Part shown: in pieces, positions 29,410-37,757 of the stretch
How the letters are laid out: each line of letters starts with the position of its first letter
Numbering within the stretch: position 1 is the first letter of the stretch
From: Flavobacteriales bacterium
Lineage (GTDB): Bacteria > Bacteroidota > Bacteroidia > Flavobacteriales_F > PHOS-HE28
Direction of reading: 5' to 3'
DNA: 64,000 nt
NCBI GenBank assembly: GCA_031411095.1
Contig: JANOAK010000012.1
Location: 13,288-77,287, forward strand
Notes under the pieces: generated by a model
What the model saw: the letters and a program-made list of their open reading frames with translations, nothing else
The model's database searches: none
Told to the model about the DNA's origin: nothing
Program-made: the position numbers and the translations under genes

Positions 29410-31677
29410 ATGCATCCGTCCATCATGAAGCGGTCCATCTTCCACCAACAGTCCCTCACCCCCCTGCCCACCATCGGGGACCGGGCATGGGTGCAGCATG
29501 TCTTGCGCAGCGTCGGGGTCTGTGGACTGCTGATACTGGCCGTGTTGCAGCCCCATGCTGCCCAGGCGCAAAAGTTGAAAGAGCGTCTAGCCGAAGAGGC
29601 CGCCGCGGATTTCGATTACCCCAGGATGGCGGCCATCTATGAGGACATCACCACGAGCAAGAAGGGCACTGCGGATGACTATCGCCGGCTGGCCTTCGCG
29701 TACAAGCGCATGGGACAGCTGCTGAAGGCGGAGGCGGCATACAAGCAGATGGCGAACATGGGCCCGTTGAGCCCGCCCGACATGTTGGACTATGCCGATG
29801 TGCTTCGGGCGAACGGTCACTATGCCGAAGCCCTGCTGGTGTATGAGGCATATGCCGGATCGCATCCGGACGATGTGCGGGTGAAGGGCTATCTGGCACA
29901 AGGTGACTTCTTCATGCGGCTCAAGCGGGACAGTACCCGAAATGAGGTACGAACGGTGCCGATCAACAGCCCCCAGGCCGACCTGGGCATGACCGTGATG
30001 GATGACCTGCTGATCTTCAGCAGCGCGCGTGGCGAAGGCGTGGGCGGAAAGAACGAGTACAAATGGGACGACCAGCCCTTCCTGAACCTGTACACCGCCC
30101 TGCTCAAGGGGCGCACCGCCGCCGAGCCGATGGTCATGCGCAAGGACCTCAACAGCCGGTACCATGACGGTACGGCCTCGTATGATTCGCTGGCCCACCG
30201 GCTCTACTTCACCCGTGACAATGTGTTCTATGGCACCCTGCACAAGGCCAGCAACGGGGAACTGAAGTTGGGGATCTTCCATTCCGACATCACGGCCGGC
30301 GAGTTCAATCAACGCGAATGGGATGGCCTGGTGCCGTTCGAGCACAACGATCCGGAGTACAACGTTGGCCATCCAGCGATCAGCCCCGACGGCAAACGGC
30401 TGTTCTTCGCAAGCGATCGACCCGGAGGCCAGGGAGGGACCGATATCTGGTACAGCGATAACCTCGGAAATCGCTGGGGCGTACCGCAGAACATGGGAGC
30501 CAGGGTGAACACCCCGGGCAATGAGATGTTCCCGTACCTCAGCCAGGACAGCGTGCTCTATTTCACCAGCAACGCGCACCCCGGCCTGGGGGGCTATGAT
30601 ATCTTCCAATGCCGCCTAACGCCAAAAGGGCCGAGCTCCGTTATCAACATGGGTTATCCGGTCAACTCGCGATTCGATGAGCGGAACCTGATCATCCTGC
30701 AGGACGACAGTTCTGGCTTCTTCGTCAGCAACCGTCCAGGCGGCCAGGGCAGCGATGATATCTATGGCTGCACGGTGCATCCGCCCATGGAGCACATCGC
30801 GGGCCGTGTGGTCGATAGCCAGACAAGGGAAGGGCTTGATGGCGCGCTGCTCGATATCAAGGACGGTACAGGGCGCTACCTGGATGATGCGCGTATCAAT
30901 ATGATGGGTGATGGTCGGTTCGAGATCGACGCACCCTATCGTAACGCCTATGACGTGACCGCTACAAAGAGCGGGTACCTGCAGAACAGCGTTACGCTGA
31001 ACCCGGATACCGATGCGCTGGATGATGTGACCATCTCCTTGCAGAAGTACGAGTACGGGGCGGAAGGTGTCGTGATGCACGGCGAGACCCGCGCACCGCT
31101 CGCAGGCGCCAAAGTGATGTTGCTGGATGCGAGCGACAAGGTGGTGAATGAACTGGTCACCGGTGATGACGGGAAATATGCCTTCAGCCTTCAGCAGAAC
31201 ACCGACCATCGCCTGAAAGTGGAGAAGGAGGGCTTCTTCAAGCAGAGCGCTCGGATCAGCACGAAAGGCAAGACCGCCACGGTGATCCGTACGGACTTCA
31301 AGCTTTTCCCATTGGAAGTGGACCAGGTGGTACGCTTGGATAACATCTACTACGACCTGGCCAAGTGGAACATCCGCCCGGATGCAGCGCTGGAACTGGA
31401 TAAGCTGGTACAGACGCTCATTGATAACCCCACCGTGAAGATCGAGCTGAGCGCCCATACGGATTGCCGGGGTAAGGACTCGTACAACATGGACCTAAGT
31501 GCCAAGCGTGCGAAAAGCGCGGTGGATTATCTGATCAAACAGGGCATTGCCAAGGAGCGCCTTGTGAGCAAGGGCTACGGCGAGACGAAACCCATGGAGA
31601 CCTGCGAATGCAAGAAGTGCAACGATGAGGAACACCAGCGCAACCGCAGAACGGAATTCAAGGTGCTGAGCAAGTAG
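29410..31677 (+). CDS. PorE-like OmpA family protein (TPR, PD40 propeller, carboxypeptidase-regulatory-like, OmpA-C)
   Basis: TPR helices, HPAISPDGKRLFFASDRPGGQGGTDIW, NIYYDLAKWNI, IELSAHTDCRG..YNMDLSAKRA, NRRTEF. Start is 29410 or 29425. Confidence 0.92.
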   Translation: MHPSIMKRSIFHQQSLTPLPTIGDRAWVQHVLRSVGVCGLLILAVLQPHAAQAQKLKERLAEEAAADFDYPRMAAIYEDITTSKKGTADDYRRLAFAYKRMGQLLKAEAAYKQMANMGPLSPPDMLDYADVLRANGHYAEALLVYEAYAGSHPDDVRVKGYLAQGDFFMRLKRDSTRNEVRTVPINSPQADLGMTVMDDLLIFSSARGEGVGGKNEYKWDDQPFLNLYTALLKGRTAAEPMVMRKDLNSRYHDGTASYDSLAHRLYFTRDNVFYGTLHKASNGELKLGIFHSDITAGEFNQREWDGLVPFEHNDPEYNVGHPAISPDGKRLFFASDRPGGQGGTDIWYSDNLGNRWGVPQNMGARVNTPGNEMFPYLSQDSVLYFTSNAHPGLGGYDIFQCRLTPKGPSSVINMGYPVNSRFDERNLIILQDDSSGFFVSNRPGGQGSDDIYGCTVHPPMEHIAGRVVDSQTREGLDGALLDIKDGTGRYLDDARINMMGDGRFEIDAPYRNAYDVTATKSGYLQNSVTLNPDTDALDDVTISLQKYEYGAEGVVMHGETRAPLAGAKVMLLDASDKVVNELVTGDDGKYAFSLQQNTDHRLKVEKEGFFKQSARISTKGKTATVIRTDFKLFPLEVDQVVRLDNIYYDLAKWNIRPDAALELDKLVQTLIDNPTVKIELSAHTDCRGKDSYNMDLSAKRAKSAVDYLIKQGIAKERLVSKGYGETKPMETCECKKCNDEEHQRNRRTEFKVLSK

Positions 31678-31728
31678 GGTTGGGTTCCCCTGGGCCTATG
31701 GCAAGGGGTTGTTCAGCGAAAGGGAGCA

Positions 31729-31760
31729 CGCGGGCCGAGTGATCGGCCCGCGCGCTTTTC
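31729..31760 (+). terminator. Intrinsic terminator after adhesin-porP-porE-like
   Basis: 10-bp stem cgcgggccga/tcggcccgcg with loop gtga, followed by cgctttt. Confidence 0.65.
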
Positions 31761-32219
31761 CAGCCGGTCCGTTGCTTCCAAACAAGTGCCCAATGCGCCG
31801 TTCACCGTAACGTATGCATCCGCATCAGGTCATGTATGAGCGCTCACCGTTCGACGGACCTCCATGCCCACGACCTGTCCACATCGCCGGGGTTACTCAT
31901 CCTCGTAGAAAGCAGCGACGCACGTATGGCTAGAGGGTATCTCATGATCAGTTGCGCTCCGCATGGCCTTTGACGCCATTTCTTCAGCTGCAGAAGGCTT
32001 CCGATAGCTCAGGCTATTCACAGTTCCTTCGCCACACTCGCCGCCAGTTCCTCCTCGCTTACTACCAAGAACATTTCTGGGCTGCCCTTCAGGTGGATGA
32101 GCACCATGACACGTCGTACATCGTTGCGGAAAATGGTCGGTCTGCATCCCAGAATGACATGAAGCTGGCCATGTGCAGCATCGATCGATCGGCAACCCCG
32201 CATCTTTCCAACGCACGCC

Positions 32220-32257
32220 AAAAGGAAGGGGCCGTCTCTTTCGAGACGGCCCCTTCC
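32220..32257 (-). terminator. Intrinsic terminator for the TBDR-DUF5689-OB operon
   Basis: Perfect 15-bp stem ggaaggggccgtctc/gagacggccccttcc, a GAAA loop on the minus strand, then TTTT. Confidence 0.85.
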
Positions 32258-32273
32258 CGGGGATCTCAGGGGA

Positions 32274-33611
32274 TCAGCGGATCACCTGCAGGCTCATGGC
32301 CTTTGCGGAGGCGTCGCTGCGCAGTGTCACGGTGTACAGGCCTGAAGTGAGGCTACCCACTTCAATGCTCGTGCGGGTGCTGCTCAGGTTGCCGTTCAGG
32401 ACAACGCGGCCGCTCAGGTCGCTCACCGTGTACAACACATTGCCGAGCGTAACACCCAGGTCGATGGTCAGCTGTTCAGAAGCGGGGTTCGGGTACAGGC
32501 TGGATGCTACGAGCACACCCGCTTCGCCGATGCCCGTGGCCACCACTACATCGTTCTCGTCGCGGGGTTCGATCTTCCATGCGCCGTTGGCATAATGCAC
32601 GATGCCAGTGACATCGTAGTCGGTACCGACGGTGGGGTTGTACAGGTACATCAGGTCGTCCACCGGCAGGCTTCCGGGGGCCTGGTTGATCGTCCATTCA
32701 CCGAAACCATCGGGCAGGCTGGTGCAGGTCGCGTTGGCGATCACCGCCAGCACACCTTCCCACTGTTCCTGCGTTGCGCCGTCGGTACCCAGCAATTGGG
32801 GTGCTGGCGTGGCGAACTGGCCGACCACGGTGAGGGAGGTAACGGCGGTCAATTCGGTCAGGCTGTTGAATTCCGTGACGGTGGCCTGGAGGACCACGCT
32901 GTCGCCGATCGCCACAACGCCCGTGGCATCAAAGCAATAGATGCCGCTCCATGGGCCGCTGCCGCTCTGGATGAAATAGGAGTTCTGTCCGATCGTGTCC
33001 ACACCGGTGACGATACCGCCGGTCAATACCACCTGGCCGTTCAACGGTGAGTTGCCGTTCACGTCGGTGGTATTCTGGATAGCGTAGATGCTGGCGTTCA
33101 CGGGTCCACCACCCGAGGTGATGTTGACATCGTCCACCACGAGATGCTCGGGGCCGGAGGTGCTGCGCACGGAAAGGATGAACTCGGCGCCGGTCGTATC
33201 GTTCTGGCACGTGATGCTCTGCGTCACCTGTGTCCATGTGTTGCCGGTGGATACCGCATATGCATTGTAGGGCGCATAACCGAAACCGGTGGTGCGACCA
33301 TCGAACAGGCCCGTACGGATCTCACCGGTGCCACGTACCCAGAAGCTGATCTGGTAGATCGCGGCTTCCGTCACCGTCACCGGTTGCGTTGTGAAACGTT
33401 TGTGGCTGGTAGTGGTGTTCGTGAGGCGAACTGCATAGGTGCCACCATGTACGTTGGTGCTCACCTGTTCAACGCTGTCCGCGCTGATGGACGATTTAAC
33501 GCCCATCCAGTCGGATGGCACCGTATCGGTCCAGTTCTCGAAGCCGCTGCTGAATTGCGCGCTGGCGATCGTGGCGACCGATGCGGCAAGAATGAGTAGA
33601 GTTGATCTCAT
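32274..33611 (-). CDS. T9SS type A CTD protein with a CBM-like beta-sandwich and nuclease-associated OB-fold domains, no catalytic domain seen
   Basis: Signal peptide, FENW..VHGGTYAV..ISFWVRG..VVDDV, SIYAIQ..SPLNGQVV..GIVTG..YFIQ..SGIY (OB-fold as in ExeM/YhcR-type nucleases), and LYPNPASEQL CTD. Confidence 0.8.
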   Translation of the reverse strand: MRSTLLILAASVATIASAQFSSGFENWTDTVPSDWMGVKSSISADSVEQVSTNVHGGTYAVRLTNTTTSHKRFTTQPVTVTEAAIYQISFWVRGTGEIRTGLFDGRTTGFGYAPYNAYAVSTGNTWTQVTQSITCQNDTTGAEFILSVRSTSGPEHLVVDDVNITSGGGPVNASIYAIQNTTDVNGNSPLNGQVVLTGGIVTGVDTIGQNSYFIQSGSGPWSGIYCFDATGVVAIGDSVVLQATVTEFNSLTELTAVTSLTVVGQFATPAPQLLGTDGATQEQWEGVLAVIANATCTSLPDGFGEWTINQAPGSLPVDDLMYLYNPTVGTDYDVTGIVHYANGAWKIEPRDENDVVVATGIGEAGVLVASSLYPNPASEQLTIDLGVTLGNVLYTVSDLSGRVVLNGNLSSTRTSIEVGSLTSGLYTVTLRSDASAKAMSLQVIR

Positions 33612-33653
33612 GTGTTCTGGGTATTGAGGTTGGGTGCTGCGCTTGTCAGCGGG

Positions 33654-34904
33654 TTATTGGGCGAGGATCTTGATGTCGTCCAATTCCCAGGTCTTTCCAT
33701 CCGCACTGGTGCCGGTGTACTTGAACCCGATGTGGACGTTACTGGAAATGTAGGACGAGAGGGACAATGCACCCGAGGATGTCCATGTCCACGCGCCGGG
33801 GCTCACAGCTGCGGGGAGCGATGTCCATGTGGCACTGGCGGGAGCACCACTGGTGTAATCCGTGCTGACGAACACCTGCAGATTTGCGCCGGTGTAGTTG
33901 CAACCGGTGATGAACGACAGGATGGGCGCGGTGGTGGTGGTAAGGTTGATCGAGGGCGAAATGAGCCAGGTCTCGCAGGGAATGTTCGCACCGTTCACAT
34001 AGTTCTTGATCTGGCCGTAGGGCGTTCCATCGTTCGAACCGACCGTGTTGGTGGTCCAGAGGACCGTCGTATCGGACCACTGCGTCCATCCACCGGATGT
34101 CGCGCTACCGTCGTTGAAGTTCTTGCCGAAGAAGGGCAGTTCCTGACCGGGGCAACGCGGGCCCGTCATATTCACCTCGGCGAGGCTGCGGTTGTACAGT
34201 TGCAAGGTGGAGCCGAAGACACCGACCACTGCCACCATGCTGCCTTTGCCCTGCGGAAGTGGCTGGGCGGCGTAATTGGAATAATCACTGCTGCGCACCA
34301 GGACCTGGTTGCCGTTGCAGTCCTCAATGGTGCGGTTGGTGGAGGAGCTTCCTCCGGCTGTGGCCCAGGTACTGCCTGCAGCATCCGCTGCGATGAACTC
34401 CACGCTGTCCAAGCGGATCAGGGTGCTCTGCATATCGGGCGTGATCTCGTCGATGGTCACCACGCGCGGCTGCACATAGCGCAGGGTGGCCTGCTTCACC
34501 ACGTTATTGTCCACGCTTACACTATCCAGCTGCATCAAGTTCTGGTATGGACGACAGACCGTACCGGGCAGGTAGATGCGGATGCTGTCACCCACGTAGA
34601 GCCCGCCGCTGTTGAGCAGGCGCAGGCAGATGCCGCCGGTGGCATCCTGCACATAGATGTTCTTGTAGAAGTTGCCGTCCAACTCATCGTTGATCACGGT
34701 GGCGTACACGCTGGCATCGCCGGTGAAGCGAACATCACCGAGGGTGTCGTACATGTTCTTCAGGTCCTGGATCGTGTAGATCTGTCCTGTCGGAATGGTA
34801 CGGGTGGTCGGCGTGTCGAGGTCCTTTTCACAACCAGCCAGCACGGCCAGCAGGGGAAGGAACAGCAGAGTGCGAAAGGCGGAAGGGAAGGTCATGCGGT
34901 GCAT
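33654..34904 (-). CDS. DUF5689-type OB-fold lipoprotein with a C-terminal beta-sandwich
   Basis: Lipobox LAGC, VINDELDGNFYKNIYVQDATGG, VGDSIRI, LIRLDSVEF, WLISPSINL, HIGFKYT..WELDDI. Confidence 0.8.
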   Translation of the reverse strand: MHRMTFPSAFRTLLFLPLLAVLAGCEKDLDTPTTRTIPTGQIYTIQDLKNMYDTLGDVRFTGDASVYATVINDELDGNFYKNIYVQDATGGICLRLLNSGGLYVGDSIRIYLPGTVCRPYQNLMQLDSVSVDNNVVKQATLRYVQPRVVTIDEITPDMQSTLIRLDSVEFIAADAAGSTWATAGGSSSTNRTIEDCNGNQVLVRSSDYSNYAAQPLPQGKGSMVAVVGVFGSTLQLYNRSLAEVNMTGPRCPGQELPFFGKNFNDGSATSGGWTQWSDTTVLWTTNTVGSNDGTPYGQIKNYVNGANIPCETWLISPSINLTTTTAPILSFITGCNYTGANLQVFVSTDYTSGAPASATWTSLPAAVSPGAWTWTSSGALSLSSYISSNVHIGFKYTGTSADGKTWELDDIKILAQ

Positions 34905-34918
34905 GGGTTGTTTCGTGA

Positions 34919-37504
34919 TCAGAAGCTGTAGGTGAGCATGAGGAAGTACGTACGGCCGAACATGTAGCCGTATTTGGGAGGGAACTTGTCCGGATCCAGT
35001 CGCTCGTAGCGCAATTGCTCGAAGCCGCCGGTCCTCAGCTCCTGGTTGTCCAGCAGGTTGCTGATGCTGGCATTGAGGCCCAGACGGTATTTGCGCTTGA
35101 ACAGCCAGCTCTTGTAGAAGAACACATCGATGGTGTACCCATCATCCAGCTTGGTCTGGTCCAGCAGCTGGTCCCACTGCGGATCGTCCGTCACCAGATT
35201 GGTAAGCGCCTCGGCGGTGCGGCGGTCCGGATTAGGGTCCAGGTAGATGTTGCCGAAGTAGTTCACGTTGGCTCCCACGCGCCAGAACTTCGGGGAGTTG
35301 TATTGGGCGCCCACGGAGGCTGCGGTCTGTGGCATTCCGCCCACGCGATAGTTCTTCCAATAGACCGTTCGGCCCGTAGCGATCGCCGTATCCAGGTTGT
35401 CCCGGGTGATGGTGGCCGTAGGGCGGGAGCTATAGCGATACTGTCCTTGGGCGAGGACGGCGGTGGCGGTAACGGTGGGTGAAAGCTTGGCTTCCAGCCC
35501 GAGCTCCAGGCCCATATGCGTCTGATCCACGCCGGTCATGGCATAGTTCACCAAGGTGAGGAACTGTTCGTTGAAGTAGCTGCGGCTCCACAGCTGGTTG
35601 GAGATCTGGGCATAGTAGAGCGTGGCGCGGCCCTTCAACCTCGGCATGCGTGCCAGATAGCTGATGTCGCCCGAGAGCACGCTCTCGTTAGTGAGCCCGG
35701 TAATGGTCGTCTCCCGTGTGCGCGGGCTGATGAAGGCTGTGCGCGGGGTGGGGGGGCGGGTGATGAACGCTGCGTTGCCGGTGATGTAGTTGCGGCCATC
35801 GACCTTGTACACCGCACCGGCCTTCACCCCGATGTTCGAGAATGTCTGCTTGGGGCTCTCGCCCTTGGAGGTCTCGGGGAACAACCCGTTGGTGAATCGA
35901 CTTTCGCGCCAGAAGCTCGTCTGCGAAAGGCTCAGGCCGGCATAGCCTTCCACGCGCTGCCATTTCTTTTCCACCTGCCCGAACGCGTTGATCAGCTGGG
36001 TGTGGATGTCGTAATCGTATCCGAAGGTGTCGCCTTCACGCACCACGTGGTTGGGGGTGTCCAGGTTCTGCTGTGAACCGTTCGGATCCTGGCTGTCCAG
36101 TTCCGCGAACTGGTTCAGGTCCACCCAGAACTCTCCGCCCAACAGGTCGTTCAACACCTTGTAGTTGTGCGTCCTCTGCTTGTTCCAGCTGGCTCCTGCG
36201 GTCAAGTGATAGCCCGCTTGCATCTCCCGGCTCCACACCGTGTTCAACGCGATACGCGTGGGGTCGGTGCGCTGATCCTCCACGATGTATTTGCTGCGAA
36301 GACCTGTGACGTTGTTCCCGCTGATGCCTTCTGCATCAAGTACGGTGTAGAGGTTCTTGCCATTGGCGAAGTACAACTGGTCCCAGTCGATCTGTTGGGT
36401 GTTGACGTTGTTCTGCCAGGCGCTGGTGAGCTCAGCAGCATATCCCGTGTTCTCCTGATCGTAATAGCTGGGGAAATAGCGGTAATAGTCGGGGCGCGGA
36501 TCCCGTGCGTCGAACCAGTTGAGGTTCGTGTTCCCATCGCGGCCGAAGGAGTACAGCGCGGTTGTCGTCCATTCGGTGCTGTCATCCGGTGTGAAGATGT
36601 GTGTGAGCAACAGGATGGGCTTGTGGTCAAAGCTCACGCGGCTGTTGCGTTTTTCGCCGGCCTGATAGCCCCACGAGGGATTGTAATAGTTGTCGCCGGT
36701 CAGGTCGTAGGCCTCCTGGATCGCGAGCGTCTGGCGGCCTTGGCGCACGGGGGCCCCCAGCCCGGTGAAGGCGATGCTGTGGCGGGCGTTCAGCTTCTTC
36801 TCGGCGCTCACGAAATAGGCTCCCGCGTCGTAGAATGTCCCGGGCACGTACCCTTCATTGGCCCAACGGCGCGAGCCGCTGATGCTGAAGGCCCATCCAT
36901 TGGCCATCATGCCCGTGTTGTGGGTGCCCATCAAGCGGTGGGTGTAGGCCCGGTTGGTCAAGGCATAGGAAAAGCGTGTGCCGCGGCGCAACTCGCTGGC
37001 ACGCAGGGAGATCTCTGAATATCCGCCCACTCCCCCGAAGTTGTACCGCGAGGAGGTGACGCCCGTGCGTGTCTCCAGCCACCGGGTCACATCATTCAAC
37101 CCACCCCAGTTGCTGAAGGAGGCGAAGCCGCTCTCCAGATCGTTCATCAGCACCCCGTTCAGGCTGATCAGCGTGTTCTCGCCATCAAATCCACGAATGC
37201 GGAACCGGGCCGCTCCAAAGGTGAATCCGGCGGTGCTGTTGAAGATGTCCCGTGAACTTTGCAGCACCCCGCTCACATCCTGGCTGTTGAGCTCAGCATC
37301 CAGTTCGCTCGCGCTCACCGTGAACGCTGCCGAACGCTGGTCAGCGCTGGCCTGGGCCGTATCTGGCGCCACGGTCAGGGAGGTGTCCGTCTGGGCGACC
37401 ACCGTGCCAACGAACATGAAGGAAAGGAGCAGTCCGCTGCAACGACCTCCGATAAGAGGTGATCGAACAGGTGTTCCGGAGGGGCGAGGTGTAGCCAAGG
37501 GCAT
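34919..37504 (-). CDS. TonB-dependent receptor-like outer membrane beta-barrel (nuclease-locus type)
   Basis: Plug-like RFRIRGFDGEN..LNGVLMND..WGGLND, beta-strand periodicity, and C-terminal GRTYFLMLTYSF. The promoter at 37539-37546 supports a start at or below 37504. Confidence 0.85.
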   Translation of the reverse strand: MPLATPRPSGTPVRSPLIGGRCSGLLLSFMFVGTVVAQTDTSLTVAPDTAQASADQRSAAFTVSASELDAELNSQDVSGVLQSSRDIFNSTAGFTFGAARFRIRGFDGENTLISLNGVLMNDLESGFASFSNWGGLNDVTRWLETRTGVTSSRYNFGGVGGYSEISLRASELRRGTRFSYALTNRAYTHRLMGTHNTGMMANGWAFSISGSRRWANEGYVPGTFYDAGAYFVSAEKKLNARHSIAFTGLGAPVRQGRQTLAIQEAYDLTGDNYYNPSWGYQAGEKRNSRVSFDHKPILLLTHIFTPDDSTEWTTTALYSFGRDGNTNLNWFDARDPRPDYYRYFPSYYDQENTGYAAELTSAWQNNVNTQQIDWDQLYFANGKNLYTVLDAEGISGNNVTGLRSKYIVEDQRTDPTRIALNTVWSREMQAGYHLTAGASWNKQRTHNYKVLNDLLGGEFWVDLNQFAELDSQDPNGSQQNLDTPNHVVREGDTFGYDYDIHTQLINAFGQVEKKWQRVEGYAGLSLSQTSFWRESRFTNGLFPETSKGESPKQTFSNIGVKAGAVYKVDGRNYITGNAAFITRPPTPRTAFISPRTRETTITGLTNESVLSGDISYLARMPRLKGRATLYYAQISNQLWSRSYFNEQFLTLVNYAMTGVDQTHMGLELGLEAKLSPTVTATAVLAQGQYRYSSRPTATITRDNLDTAIATGRTVYWKNYRVGGMPQTAASVGAQYNSPKFWRVGANVNYFGNIYLDPNPDRRTAEALTNLVTDDPQWDQLLDQTKLDDGYTIDVFFYKSWLFKRKYRLGLNASISNLLDNQELRTGGFEQLRYERLDPDKFPPKYGYMFGRTYFLMLTYSF

Positions 37505-37538
37505 GGTCCGCAATGGGGATGGATCAACGAAAGGGCGC

Positions 37539-37546
37539 CAAAAGTA
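37539..37546 (-). promoter_or_regulatory. -7 promoter element TACTTTTG for the TBDR operon
   Basis: Exact TAnnTTTG on the minus strand, 34 nt before the ATG. Confidence 0.6.
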
Positions 37547-37666
37547 CACCCGAGCATGGCGTGTAATGGGCAAGCCCGAGTTATTTCTGTATGCTGTTCA
37601 TAAAGTCCTAAGGACCTGAAGGTTGAATTCCGTCGCCCAGGTCTGGCCATCCGGAACGGACCGCGA

Positions 37667-37674
37667 TACATTTG
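37667..37674 (+). promoter_or_regulatory. -7 promoter element TACATTTG for the second adhesin
   Basis: Exact consensus. It argues against the 37623 start. Confidence 0.55.
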
Positions 37675-37757
37675 TTAGCTTGGCCAAGGCCAAGGCGAAT
37701 CCACCGGATGTGATCGGAAAGGTAATAACACAATTGGGGTCCTTTGCGCAGTGGCGC

